Positions 13,716 to 27,770 of a stretch of 64,000 bases of DNA are shown one piece after another. The position numbers were made by a program, and so were the translations under genes. Source of the stretch: Nymphaea colorata (Eukaryota). Location: NCBI RefSeq assembly GCF_008831285.2, contig NC_045138.2, positions 1,364,001 through 1,428,000 of the forward strand, in the 5' to 3' direction. Below the pieces are notes generated by a model that made no database searches, had not been told where the DNA came from, and saw only the letters and a program-made list of their open reading frames with translations. Every line of letters starts with the position of its first letter. Position 1 is the stretch's first letter.

Positions 13716-14277
13716 AGTTCAACTCTAGTTTGGCTCGGTTATGTATTGTTTGGCTCAATTCATTTAAGCATGTATTACTTGATTCTCTCTTTTTTAATGA
13801 AAATGAAACCATGGAAAGAGTGTTAAAAATTCATAAAAAAAAATTATCAGCATACAAAGATTAACAAACAGGGAAGACACGAGTCAACCCAAGTTTGAAC
13901 TCGAACTCGACTCTTTTATAACTCATAACTCAAGCAAGTTCAAGTCGAGCTCAAGTTGAGCATACACAAACAAATTCAAGTCGAGTTCAAATTGGTTGGA
14001 TTCATTGTATATCCAAGCAATATAACCACTGTGTGAGTGAAACAGTGCATGTGATCACAGAGTCTTGTTGCAATTAACCTGTTCAGTCTTTATCTAAGTG
14101 ACAGACCTCAACTGAATACTAACGACAACGACCACTTTGCACACCAAAAAATTTATATGTAAATTTTAAAAATTTTAATTTAGCATATATAAAAATTCTG
14201 AAAGTTTTTATTACAGCTCCTGTTAAAATTATGAAACTATAGTTTGATCTGTGCAACGAAAAATTACTGGCTCCACC

Positions 14278-14576
14278 TAAGCCTGCTTATCGGGCCGACC
14301 CAACACTTAAAACCCGAGCCCGATTCTGGCCCGATTAAAACTAAAAAATATGTATATTAATATAAAATAATATATATATAAATAATTAATTATAATAAAA
14401 TATTATAAATATATAAAAAACAATAAAATTAATATTTAAAAAAATCTTATCGGGTCGAACCGGGCTTAGTCTGGCCTACCCGTGCCAGTCCACTAAGTTA
14501 TCGGGTCAATCCGGAGCCTTTTTTTCCAGCCCAAGTCAAGCCAAGTACTGGGTACGTGACCCAACGCCCAGGCTTA
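14278..14576. mobile_element. hAT-type MITE, family A
   Basis: taagcctg ... cgcccaggctta. TSD gctccacc/gctccact (7/8). Confidence 0.8.
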
Positions 14577-15094
14577 GCTCCACTTGATATCGGCACACAC
14601 ATGACGAGCGGTCTGCTGTCCTACAAATGATTTAGCATACCACCATCTAGTTCTTCCTTTGATGCCATTGACTTCAACTGAACCCTTGTTTTCTGAATTT
14701 AAACATCTTGAAAGACTGTTTCTCAGATTTAGTTCTAGATGCATCTTCTATGATAATTTCATAAGAAAAGATCCAAATTTTTTATTATGAACCTTAACCA
14801 ACTAACTAAATTATAATGTGGAATTAATTAGCTTAAGACAAAATGGACTTGATAATTCATACCACCAAAGGGGAAATTAAATAAAATAAGACGACTACAA
14901 TCTCATAAATGTGTCACAGTTTGAATATTAATCTCTTTCTCCGTTATCTAAAACATGAGAATACATTATTGTTGCCAACGGCGTAGATACCAGACCACGG
15001 GGATATATATATATATATATATATATAGTGTTTGGTACATACCGAACCACTTGGGTAAGAAATAGAAACCATATAAACACTAATTTAATATAAA

Positions 15095-15149
<55 letters not shown>

Positions 15150-15804
15150 TGGTAGATACCAACCATTGAGTAAGGGATAAAAACCATATAAATGCTAATT
15201 TAATATAAATCATGCTTTAGTTTAAGTATTTTTGTAAAAAAAATCTTTTTACTATCCAAATTTTGATGTTGTATGAACAGTTCATTTTTTTATTATTAAA
15301 AAACATTATTTAAGAAAAAAAACTACTAACTTAAAGTCTGTTTCTCACCAAATTACTCTTAAATCATATCCATAACCATAAGGTTAGATTGCAAAAAAAT
15401 AATAATAATAACAATAGCTGATTTTAAGGGGTCTGTTTTTTTTTTCTGTCTAGTTTTTACCAATCTCTCTTTTTCTCTCTCTCCCTATATATATATATAT
15501 ATATATTACAACACAAATTTAATCCCAATAAAACAACACCTGAATGGGCAGATGCACTTGTCTGTGTGAAAGTGCATGAATATAGGTTGAATTGACGACA
15601 GCTAAATGCATAGTGATTGAAAATGACAAGACGCTCAAACCAGATGTGACCTATTTGCTGCCCATCTTATGCTTACCCAGCCATCCGCAGCTGCCCCAAA
15701 ACGGTTGGCTGGAACAGAGCATGCACTCGCTGGAGAAATTTGGATTCTATAATTTAACAACATATGTTTTTTATTTTTTATTGAGTAGGAGGTTGACAAT
15801 TTAT

Positions 15805-16287
15805 TAAGATTGGGACCTCCTGGGTCGTGGGTGCTGATACTCTCCAGGTTCGTTCGAGCCCAAGGCACCATACCGGCTCGAAATGTTATCGGGCTGGTCA
15901 GATGGGCCCAATAAGCTCACCCGATAATAATTTTTAATGTATATTTTATTATTTTTAATATATAATTATTGTATTTTATTATATTTTAAATATTTATATA
16001 TTATTTTATATTAAAATATATATTTTATAATTTAAATTGATTTGGCTCGAATCGGGCTCAAACTTGGGCCCAGATTTTGGGTGTCAAGCCAGGCTCGAGC
16101 CTAGGTTTCAGGTCTCGGGCCAAAATGGCGTAGCTGCATTTAAATAAAAATCTTAAATATTTATTCTTATATATATATATATATATAAGTGCTCCACCAA
16201 ATTTGAGTTTGTTTAAACAAGTATCCCTCCAGCTAATTTTTTCCTGTGTCGGCTGGCCCAAGCCCAACTTTTTATCGAATCGGCTTA
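15805..16287. mobile_element. hAT-type MITE, family A (degenerate, opposite orientation)
   Basis: taagattggg ... atcggctta flanked by perfect 8-bp TSD caatttat at 15797-15804 and 16288-16295. Confidence 0.75.
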
Positions 16288-17092
16288 CAATTTATCATTC
16301 GAAAAAAAAAAAAAAAAAAAGACCTGGAGCTCTTCATTGAAATTGGATATCCAGTCCAAATTGAAAAGAAAATCATACAACAAATTCATATCCAATTTAC
16401 TAAACCAATCTAAAATTTTCTTACAAAACCTTAGTAGTCGAATCTGAAAATGAATCAAACATTAGATTATGTTTGCACCACCCAAACCCAAAGAGAAATT
16501 AAACTTTTGTATTAGTTCTACATGGATCCTATTCAAATCCAGTTGCTACTTTAAACACTGAAGTTCTTTTATATTATTTTTAAGAGTTGTGTGCCATGGA
16601 CGTGATTTTTTATATTATTTTAAAACTTGTTTTTATTCAATAAATCCTACACATCACATTAATTTATGTTGGTTTTTTTTACCATTGAAGCCGGCAGATT
16701 CTAGGCACATAAATTAAAAATGTGTTTGAATGACAGTTTTTTTAACTTTCATGAAATTCCCGAAAAAAATCCAAATTTTTTTAGTATAAATGCTAATCAA
16801 CTCACGAAATAATACATAATTAATTAGCTCAAGACAAAATCGCTTTGATAATTCATAACACATAAAACAAAGAAGATCAAATAAATTAATCGCAATCTCT
16901 TAGCTGCTCTACAATTTTAATCATCTTTTATTCATGGTATCTTCAAATTGATAACAACGTGATGCATTTAATTTACGACAACGATCTCAATTATAATGCT
17001 TAATCTTCATTATGGTGCTCAAAAAAGCTAGAGAGAGAAAGAAAGAACTGACAAAGAAATTTACCGACGACAAAACTTTGGAGACTAGGCAT

Positions 17093-17279
17093 CAGGGGCC
17101 GAGCCAAAAGGGCTTGCATGGGCCGTGACCCCACCTTAGAATTTTTTTAATTTACATATAAATTTTGGAAGATTTCACTTGTTTCGTATAAAAATTTTGA
17201 AAAACGATATTTCAAACCATTTTAAAATTTTAAAGCTTTAATTTAGCTTTTTCATGAAAATTTTTTGCCGCTGCCCCTG
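17093..17279. mobile_element. MITE with CAGGGGC-type TIRs
   Basis: caggggccgagcc ... gccgctgcccctg around an AT-rich core. TSD not clear. Confidence 0.6.
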
Positions 17280-18042
17280 TCACACATCACCAATCAACAA
17301 AAGCATAAAAGACAATAGAATGGACGTAAGAAAAAATTAGCAAACAAAGCAAAGACAAAATAATTATAAAGAACAGTAACCATAACAAGAACAAAAGCAA
17401 GAGGAGGAGGGGAGAGAAACAAATAATCAAAAGAAGAAGACATCATGAGGCCAATGCAAAGCATGAGGTGGACATCTGCCTTCACAATGCATCTGATAGA
17501 AGCAACACTCGTTGTCGAGTTTTTGAACATTCGGTTGTTGCGCTCTTCCCAAACCTATCACGAACAAACAAACCAAGACCATTAGGTAATAAAGAGAGAA
17601 AAGAAAGAGAGAGAGAGGGAAAAAAAAGGTAAAAACTTTACCACATTAGCTACCAATTAATAACTCTCTTAGTACCATCACAATAACACCTTTCAAAAAA
17701 AATATTAATCCAAGAAAATCCTCCGATCAATATATAAATTAGATTTTATAAAATTTTAAAAAAAATTATTGATTTAAGCTTCCCAACTCGTATAATTTGA
17801 TTCATACGTCACAATTTTAACATTTTAACAATATATTTAATGTCTTTTATTAATTTATATAATTATGTTTGTGAAAAACAACTTAAACGTTATGATGCAC
17901 ATACAAAATATCATATATATTAAATATGCTAGATGCCAGATGCTATCAAATGAGTAAAAATTAAAAATCAATAGATTAAATACCATTATTATAGGGGCAA
18001 CATTAGAAAGTTTATAATGTTTTTGGTGACAGACTTCACACG

Positions 18043-18073
<31 letters not shown>

Positions 18074-18494
18074 ATTGGTATATAACGAATTATCTTAACA
18101 GTCTATCTTTTCAGGGTGAAAGGTTAAAAAAAAATTAATGAGAAAAAAAAAGATAGAAAAGTACCTTTCACCGTTTATTTAGTCACATAACATTAACTAA
18201 CAAATTTTCTCTTTGACTTTCTGTGAGTCTTCCATCTTGAAAAAATAAATAACCAATATGATGCCTTATGGGTCATGCATCTAAGTGTCAAGTACCTATC
18301 AATTTCTCACACACATATATATATAACTCTAGTTTTTTAGAGTTATCCAGCCATTTAATTAAGGTTATCAATATAAACGATAGAGAGTAAATCAAAGAAA
18401 AAAATTATGGATATTTTTATCATCTAATATATTTTAAACTTTTTCTTTTTTATTTTTCTTTTAATATTTATATGTTTCAAATTGATTGAATGAC

Positions 18495-18619
<125 letters not shown>

Positions 18620-19565
18620 GATTTGAATTGAGTATTTATTATGTTGTCGCTATCTTTTGACAAACAAATAGGATAAGGTCGGTCATAAATTCACGTGAGC
18701 TTGTTTCCTCACTCATCTAGCAACAGCTGAGCTGACCAAAAACCTGTCGCCAAGAAAACAATTATAATTAACAATATAATAACAACAATTAAAAATACAT
18801 CCCGCTGGATTTAAGATCATCCTTTTGGCAGTCAAAGAAGAAAAACATGTAGAATTTTGTGCTTCAAACGCGACGATCGACATTGGACTGCTCTTTCATG
18901 ATACTCATAAACGGGAATATCGATCGCCATTCCTCTAAACGCTACCTGAATTGATGTTCCGTGTGTTCTCGAGAGAGATTCATGGCGGATTTTGGGCACC
19001 AATTCATTTCTTTTATATTTCCCATGATGAAGCATATGAGAGGTTCCTAATCCTATGTCTTTTTACTGTTTTCTCTATTTTGTTTTAAGTCTTCTATTGA
19101 GGTTTAGGTAGACACTCATTAATTAAATTGACTAAATTTTGCATGTCGGGAATCGAACTCTTGACCTCTTTAAGTCAAAGTTGTTAGGGCAGCTTGATTT
19201 TATTTGAATTAGCTTAGTTTCGTTAATACCAAAATTGGAAATGCTACTTTGAATTTTTATTAGTGCTAGAAAGCTGTGCAAGAAAAGTAAGTATATTTGT
19301 GAAAAATAGATAATTCCGTAGCTTAATTGTTGTGTTGAGGGAAATCCACTTATAAATATATGTAAAAAAAATGCTTGTATTTTTCTATGTATCATTTATT
19401 GGAGATGCAAAAAAAAGAAGTATATTTTTGTGTTACCGAAGATTAATTGCAATATATTTCCAATATCACTAAACGGACTGTCCTGTTTAGCGGGTTCTTG
19501 TTTGCTCCATCTCTCATCAAAACAGGTCCAAAATTAATAAAGTGATGAAAAAATGGGTTACATTA

Positions 19566-20121
19566 AAGGTCGTTTGGTAGGAGGAACACTTTGAATGTTT
19601 TGCATGAATCTACTCCAAATATTAAGATAAATTCATGGAATACTTGAACTATTGTTCCCTAAATATGTACTAATTTATGGAGCAGTTTAAGAAACACTTT
19701 GTGAGTGTTTCTATGAACGTGCTCCAATATTAAGGTGAATTCATAGAACATTTGAACTATTGTTCTTTGAATATACTCTAATCTATAGAGTAGTTCAAGG
19801 AACACTTCATGCATGTTACCATGAACCTACTCCAAATATTAAGGTAAATTCATGGAACACTTGAACTATTACTTATGGAGCAGTTAAGGAACATTTAGTG
19901 AGTGTCCCCGTGAAGCTACTCCAAATATCAAGGTAAATTCATTAAAAAACTTGAACTATTATTTCCTGAATATGTTCTAATCTATGGAACTCTTCAAGGA
20001 ACATTTTTCCTGAGTGTAAATTCATGAAACACTTGAGCTATTGTTTAAACCTAAATATGCTCTAATCTGTGGAGCAGTTCAAGGAACACCCACAAGAGAG
20101 TTCCTTTTGCCAAACGACCTT
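19566..20121. mobile_element. PIF/Harbinger (Tourist-like) MITE containing about 5 internal tandem units of ~110 bp
   Basis: Perfect 12-bp TIR aaggtcgtttgg / ccaaacgacctt with TTA on both flanks. Repeat anchor ctcca(a)atat at 19613, 19722, 19830 and 19919. Confidence 0.88.
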
Positions 20122-21428
20122 TTAGGAATTAGACTTTTCTCAGTTCATACTATGTATTCAAACTCAAGATTTGACTTAGGTATTCAAACTCAAGATTTGA
20201 AGTCAGATGTTAAAAGCTGTTCCTGCTCGTTCCTAACTTTCTAAAGCTATTGCAAACCTGCCAATTAAAAGTTTATGATTAGATTCCTCAGACGGAATGG
20301 GAATACTTATCCCTTGAAACTTGGGATAGTTTATCACAAGACTCTCATCAAATATGCCCAATCGGGTTGCAAGTGGTTCGGATCTGGTCTGAGAGTAGGA
20401 TGTTGTCTGCCAAGGCTGAGAAAATAGCTAAAAAAAACTGGTAAGTTAAATGTTTACCATAATTGCACCATATTTCTTATAAAAAAAACATGGTACTATT
20501 GAAAGACGTGCACTATAAAAGCATGTTTGTATATAAAAACATGTATTATGGTAAATAACATTGTAATAATCATTGATTAGAGCGCGAAAAATATACAACC
20601 CTTCAAAGGTGCATCACTTTGGGTATTCCGGCCATTTGTTTAATCGATATAAATTGTGATTCAGATCTTGTAGATATTCTGATGTGCACGTTAATGCATT
20701 TTGTTACTGGATCCGTCTAAAACTTTGTTGATTGTGTGACAGCTAAGCCCATCCCACTATATGTATTAATTCCTTTTCAGGTGAGCGGGCGGCTAATCCC
20801 AATGTCCGAGTGAAGCTGAAAGCCTCTTCTTTTTCTCTCATCCTCCCAAAGTCTATGGCTACTTTTGGTGTCTTAGAGTGATGTTTCTGTTGTGCTTGTA
20901 GTTTCATATTTGTGTCGGGTTGACACCACAAAAGTAATTTAAAAAATTTCATGCAGCCTAAAAAGGCCTTCCTAGTGAAAATTTCATAGTGCCACCCCTA
21001 ACCCAAACAACATACTATTTTGCAGGACACGTGCAGTTCGCCTAGTAGTGAAACCGCGGTGTGGATGTTGTGGGCAATTGTCACACCAGCCCACAAATTT
21101 GCTTTGTTTATGCATTAGTACTTCATTTTTTTTTTTCTACATAAGAGTACAAAATTTAAACTATTAGTGTCTCTTAAGCATAAATTTGTTGCTCTGCCAC
21201 TAAGAGAGCTCACCGCGGCCATGTTGGCAAAATAAGTCAAGCTCAAACCAACTCGGTTTGCGTGATTAATCTTTAATGTAATGAGATTGTATATAGAGTA
21301 GTGTTGATTAATTATATTTAATGATAGGTAGCCAGCATCCATTTTGAATCCTCAGGGCGTCAACCACATGTTCTGCAAACAAGATGAGGGAAGGGGGGGT
21401 GGGAGGGTAGAGGGCTCCAATATATATG

Positions 21429-21832
21429 TGGGGATGTCAATATATTCGATTCGAATTGAATATCCGACCAATCCGATCCGAAAAAATCAGATATGGAAAC
21501 AATTAATATCCAATTAAAAAATCGGATTGGATTCGCATTCAGATATACATAAATATTTGATCGGATACAGATACAGATTCAGATCAGATTCTGTTTTAGA
21601 CAAATATCCAATATCTAATGCTATTAAATTTTGAAAATTAGAAAAATTCAGTTAAAAATTTGAATTTGGATATAAATATAAAAATTGGATTTGGATTGTA
21701 AAATTAGATTTCGGATTCGGATTTGGATATGACTTTTCTTTATTCGAATTAGAATCCAAACATATGAATATATGAAAAATCAGATATGATTAAGGATATA
21801 TCCGATTTGAATCTGATTCGTTGACATCCTTA
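21429..21832. mobile_element. hAT (Ac/Ds-like TIR) MITE
   Basis: tggggatgtcaa ... ttgacatcctta, resembling the TAGGGATG Ac-type terminus. Many atccga/tcggat subterminal repeats. Related remnants near 12750-13020 and 33055-33370. Confidence 0.75.
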
Positions 21833-24046
21833 TATGCTGAAATATATGAGAAGTGTTACCCTGAAACATCGAAAGGAGGCCTGGTACCCTAGAGAGGTTG
21901 AAGAAAGGGTGGAGGCCTAGGTCCTTTTATTTGGTAGTAAGATGAAATAATCTTTTCATTCATCATCACACCAACTAATCCAAAAACTTGAAAATCTAAA
22001 GCCATGGTTTCGTCAAAGTAAATTGGAGCTTTTTGGCTGTGCCTTTTGGCCATGACACAAGACTTATGAAGCTAGGATCCAAAATAAAGGTCTTCCAATG
22101 AAACTATACACAGTTTCTTGTAGGGCCCTTGCTATAAAAAAGATGTATCAAGTAGCAAAAAGCATGAGATCACAATCTTCCTTTGCTCTGAAGATTTTGA
22201 TGGTTGGCCGGTTTCCCTTCAGATAATGTCGTTATTGGATCCAACACATCATGTGTTGGATTCCTGTTCCAGTTCCACGTATGGCCATCTAGTCCAAAAT
22301 CAAACACGCATTTGGATCCAGATCCAAATTCAGTTCCATCTTCTTAATTAGATGTGAAACCAATTGAAAATTATCGTTATCATTAATCAGCCAGTTGGTT
22401 ATAATTCTCCCTCTCCTCCCTCTCTCTCATAAAAATCGGTGCGGAGGGAAATCACGAAGCTGCCGGTTCGGTGAATCGGCTGCTTCAATAATTCCTCTGC
22501 GACATATATTTAAAAACAATATATATTTTAAGGTTATAAAGTAAATAAAATTTATTAAAAACGAGATATTTTTTAAAATTAATAAAAAATGACATGTTGT
22601 ATTTGTGAATTATTGTGAATTATTCGATAGACCTGAGTCAGCTCGACCCGGCCCGGCCCAATAAGAGCGGAGTCCGAGCCGGCCGATCTCTCAAAGTTTA
22701 AGGCTGATTTAGGAGGGAACCAACAATCTCTGTTGGCCATGAATTCGATTTGAACATAAAATTTAGAACAAATCCCTTCAAGTAAATTAGGTTAAATAGT
22801 TCAAAATAAGGTGTCATTCTGGAACCAGATCTGCACAGACACACTGTGGCAGGCTATCAAAGCTCAGTTAAGTTCCCCCTCCGTGAGGAAAAGTTTTCCC
22901 TCTTACGTGGAAAAGTGAATCAGCCAAACAGTAAAACCACAGTTTGAAGCATTGACTGACCAGTGAATTAAATTTGCTTCGGCTGGTAGTTGGTTGTGCT
23001 GTTCCTCGAGGTCCAAGACGACAGCCATTATATTATATCTCTTTCTCTTTCTCTCACGCAGTGAAACAGCATGGTGGTAGCATGGGGGAGAGAGAAAGAT
23101 GAGGGTACATGATTACGTACAACTGCGATGAAGCTTTTCTTCTGGTTTAGAGAGAGAAAGTCCGGGAGTAGACACTGATTGAACCACGATTCACCACTTG
23201 CCGTCTACATATTTAAGGATCCGTTTCTCCTGTCTGTGATGTTTTGCGAAGCAACTGGAAGGTGCCCATCTGCAGGGCCATGGCAGGATGATGCCACAGT
23301 GAAACTAACTCTGTGTTGAGCGCGTACCGGAAAGTTGACTGGTTCTGCCACCCCTTTCTTGACCATGACCAATGGCAGACTTTAAAAGCAAGTGAAAAAG
23401 ATCATAACTTTTTACCTGCAGTCGAGTCTTTTTCTCTGCTGTTGCATCATGCAAGCATGCAGAATTGAAAAGCGGAGCAGAAGCAAATGCAGCAATACTG
23501 TCCTCTTCTTCCCAGATGCTTTAAAAAGATATCAGAACGCAGAGGAAAGAGAAAGAGATGGTACAACTGTAGATAGAGTCATAGAGCACAGTGGGCCAAT
23601 CCCCATACTTGCTGTTCTCTCTCTCTCTCTCTCTCCTCCCCCGTTGTCTGTGCTATAAAAATTAGATAGTGGCGGTGAATGTCCTCTCCCCTTCTCTCCA
23701 CACACACTCTCTCTGAGGGTCTATAAAACTGGAAGATTCAGAGGCAACACAGAGGGATTGATTGTAGGATCCCATACTTGCAGTTAATTCTCTCACCTAT
23801 CTCCCTCGAAATGACTTGCACAGATAAGGTGAGAGGGACGTGAGTCTCTCTCTTTCTCTCTGTCTTGTGCCTTTGAATGACAATGTAGAAAGCAGGAGAA
23901 CCAAAGCAAAACAAGTCTCCTTCTTTTGCTCTATTTGCCGTAGAGTTCAGTGCAGAAGAAGAACGAAAAGTGGTGCAGCTGTACTTGCTACTCTCTCTCT
24001 GCGTTTTCCGTGGAGTTGCAGTGCAGAAGAAGCCATTAGAACAGCA

Positions 24047-24049
<3 letters not shown>

Positions 24050-24117
<68 letters not shown>
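24050..24117 (+). repeat. (CT)n microsatellite in the 5' leader of the LRR-RLK
   Basis: Uninterrupted CT run ending 13 nt before the ATG at 24131. Confidence 0.95.
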
Positions 24118-24119
<2 letters not shown>

Positions 24120-24130
24120 AATAAACAACA

Positions 24131-27100
24131 ATGTCGACGAGACATAACCCTCCGTTGGTCTGCCTTCTCTTCCTGCACTCTTCCCTCCTCCTCCTCCTCC
24201 TCCTTGTTCTCCCCTCAGCTTCGGGCACCATTGCCACCACCAACCCTGAAGCTCAAGTCCTCCTCTCATGGCTCCAGTCCGTCGACTACCCACCACAGGA
24301 GCTCGTCTCTTCCTGGTCCGCCCAGAGCCCCGACCCTTGCCTCTGGTCCTACGTCTCTTGCTCATCTCGATCCCATATCACTGAGATCGTCATCCCTTCG
24401 CTTCAGCTCCTCGGCCCACTCCCTACCCAATTCACCAAACTCTCCTTCCTCACCAAGCTTGTTCTCTCCGGCAACAACCTCACTGGAGAAATCCCTCCCG
24501 AAATCGGGAACCTCACCTCCCTCGCGGTCCTGGACCTTAGCTCGAATGCCCTTACCGGAAATATCCCGCCGGAGATAGGAAAACTCCGAGACCTCGAGGT
24601 CCTCTCCCTCAGCTCCAACCTCCTTTCCGGGGAGATGCCGCCGGGGATATGGAATTGCTCCCGCCTTCGAATCGTCAATTTGGTCGACAACCACCTTTCT
24701 GGCCGGATTCCGGTGGGACTGGGTCGGCTAGATGGTCTCGAGGTCCTGCGTTTAGGCGGTAATCGAGCGATCGAGGGTGATATCCCGGAAGACTTGTCTA
24801 ATTGCGGAAACTTGGTCTTTTTGGGTTTTGCCTTCACCAACGTCTCTGGTCGGCTTCCGGCTGGTTTCGGCCGTTTGGGGAAGTTACAGACGCTATCCAT
24901 GTACAGCACCATGGTTTCCGGTGAAATTCCGGTGGAGATAGGCAATTGCTCGGAGTTGGTCAACCTATACCTTTATGCAAACCGCATCTCTGGCCAGATT
25001 CCAGTTGAATTAGGCCGGTGCCGGAAGTTGGAAAGACTCCTTCTGTGGCAGAACGAGCTCACCGGAGCAGTGCCGGAGACAATCGGAAATCTGACCCAAC
25101 TGAGCACTCTGGACCTCTCCTTGAATCGCTTGAGCGGCGAAATCCCGCCAGCCATTTCCAAATTAGGAAAGTTAACGACTCTTCTTCTCTCAGATAACGG
25201 TTTCACTGGCCGGATTCCTTCCGCACTTGGAAACTGTACCGCCCTGACTCAGCTGGAATTGGACAACAACAGGCTTTCTGGCGAGATCCCGCCGGAGATT
25301 GGCAGATTGACTGAACTGACGTTGTTCTTTGCATGGCAGAATGATATCTCGGGTGCTCTTCCGGCAGAATTGGCTTACTGCGCCAAACTCCAGGCGCTCG
25401 ACTTCTCCCATAATCGACTCGTTGGCTGGATTCCACCCAGCTTGCTTCAGCTGAAGAACATGAGCAAGCTGCTTCTGATATCCAACGATTTGTCGGGGCC
25501 AATCCCACCAGAAATTGGCAACTGCACCGCATTGGTTCGTCTCCGGCTTGGGGGCAACCAGCTTTCCGGTGCAATCCCGGGATCGATTGGAAAATTGGCG
25601 AGCTTGAATTTCTTGGAATTATCTGATAACAGGCTATCAGGCACGATTCCGCCAGAGATTAGTAACTGCACAAAATTGGAGATGGTGGATTTCCACGGGA
25701 ACGGCATTGAAGGAAGCATACCATCTTCATTGGGATCAATTCATGGCCTTCATGTTTTAGACCTCTCTATAAATAGGCTGTCTGGTTCTGTTCCTGATTC
25801 TTTTGGTTCCCTGAAATTCCTCAATAAACTTATGTTGAATAGAAATAACCTCTCAGGTTTGATACCCAATTCTTTGGGATTCTGTTCTGGCTTGCAATTA
25901 TTGGACTTGAGCTGCAACAGGATCTCTGGATCCATGCCTGATGAGTTGGGTGATTTGCAAAACTTGGATATCTCACTGAATCTCAGTTGGAACTCTCTGT
26001 CCGGCTTGATCCCAAAAACATTTTCACAACTAGCCAATCTTGCATACTTGGACCTTTCTCACAACATGCTTACAGGAAGTGTGGGAGTTTTAGGTGGCCT
26101 TCAAAATTTGGTTTCACTGAACATTTCTTACAACAACTTATCTGGGCTCCTTCCTGATACGAAGTTATTCAGGGAGCTTCCTCAGAGTGTTTTGGAGGGT
26201 AATTCTGGATTGTGCACTAGTGGGGATGGTTGTTTCATTCAAGTTAATCAGACCAAAGATGGCGAAGCACACAAGAAGAGTCTTAAATTGGTGATTGCTC
26301 TGCTGGTTTCTGCAACATTACTGGTACTAATATCAAGCCCTTTGCTGATAAAGCGAGTGCACACCATTACGAGGGAAGCCAGAGGCATGGGAGGTGATTG
26401 GAAATTCACCATGTTCCAAAAGGTGAACTTCTCTTTTGATGAACTGCTCATGGGATTGGTGGAGGAAAATGTGATTGGAAAGGGGTGTTCTGGTGTGGTT
26501 TATCGGGTGGACACAGGGAGAGGTACAGTGGTCGCTGTGAAGAAGCTTTGGCCTTCGAAGAATGAAGAGAACTCTCTTGAGAGGGATTCATTCATTTCAG
26601 AGGTTAAAACCCTCGGGCTTATCAGGCACAGAAACATAATCAGGCTGCTGGGCTTCTGTACTAATGCAAACGTTTGGCTGTTGATGTATGACTATATGCA
26701 GAATGGGAGCCTGGGTGAGTTACTCCATGAGAAGAAGATGTTCCTGGATTGGCATACTAGACACAAGATTATACTTGGTGCAGCACAGGGTCTGGCCTAT
26801 CTTCACCATGACTGTAATCCACCGATTGTTCACCGAGATATAAAGGCTAACAACATCTTAATTGGCATTGATTTTGAAGCCTATCTTGCAGATTTTGGGT
26901 TGGCAAAGCCTGTGGATCCATCCGAAGAGACTAAATCTGCCAATACTGTGGCTGGTTCTTACGGTTACATTGCTCCTGGTAAAATTCCAACTTCATTTGC
27001 TTACAGGGACAAGATAGTTTGAATATTACTGTTCATGCCCAGTAGAAATGGAATCTATTTTGTTTGTTAACTGCTCCAGCTTACGGTCATGGGAAATTTG

Positions 27101-27770
27101 CTAGTTTTAAAGAAATGTTGATAGGTGAAATTTATTTTCTGTTTCTATTCTTGGTGAAGAAGAATGTTGGTAGATTTATGGTGGACTCAGAATGACTTCT
27201 TATTCAGTTGTTTGAAGGAGTGGCAATTTCATAGTTTTGTAACTCAGTTCAGAAAATATGAGAATTTATATATGTTTTTTGTATTCAATTGCAGAATATG
27301 GATATCGGATGAAGATTACTGAGAAGAGCGATGTGTACAGTTATGGTGTTGTTCTTCTTGAAGTGTTGACAGGGATGCAACCTACTGATCCACAATTGCC
27401 AGAAGGCATGCATATTGTGAACTGGGTTTGCCAAAAATTACAGAAAGAGAGCACAAATGCTATAGACATTCTCGATGAGGGCCTTAGAGGTTTGCCAGAT
27501 TCACAGATTGAAGAAATGACACAAGCTCTGGGTGTGGCTTTACTATGCATCAACTCATGCCCAGAGGAGCGCCCGGCCATGAAAGATGTGACTGTAATGC
27601 TGAAGGAAATTATGCTTGAAAGTGAAGAATGTTGTGCCAAGGCTAGGATGATCATTGAACACATGAGTAGAGCCCCACCATCACACTGTCCTAGCTTCTC
27701 AAGGTCTTCTGAGCCTCTCATCACCTCACCTATGTATTCCTCTGGTTCTGGCAGGTTGGGATTTGACTAA
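24131..27770 (+). CDS. RGI: LRR receptor-like Ser/Thr kinase, subfamily XI, RGI/RCH1 (RGF peptide receptor)-like; exons 24131-26978 and 27295-27770; 1107 aa
   Basis: Signal peptide, N-cap PCxWxxVxC, more than 20 plant LRRs, TM helix (LVIALLVSATLLVLISSPLLI) and kinase motifs (IGKGCSGVVY, VAVKKLW, HRDIKANN, DFG). GYIAP|EYGY is split by the single intron (CCTG|gtaaaa...tgcag|AATAT). RxGG (RLGGN) and RxR (VRLRL) motifs are present. Confidence 0.95.

Noticed and set aside
19580..20090. CRISPR-like repeat/spacer appearance
   Set aside because: Eukaryotic context, no cas genes, intervening segments are mutually homologous, and the array is enclosed by MITE TIRs.
23738..27724. Many antisense and alternate-frame ORFs overlapping the RLK (up to 202 aa)
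   Set aside because: Explained by the GC-rich, repetitive LRR codons and the CT microsatellite (poly-ER/LS translations).
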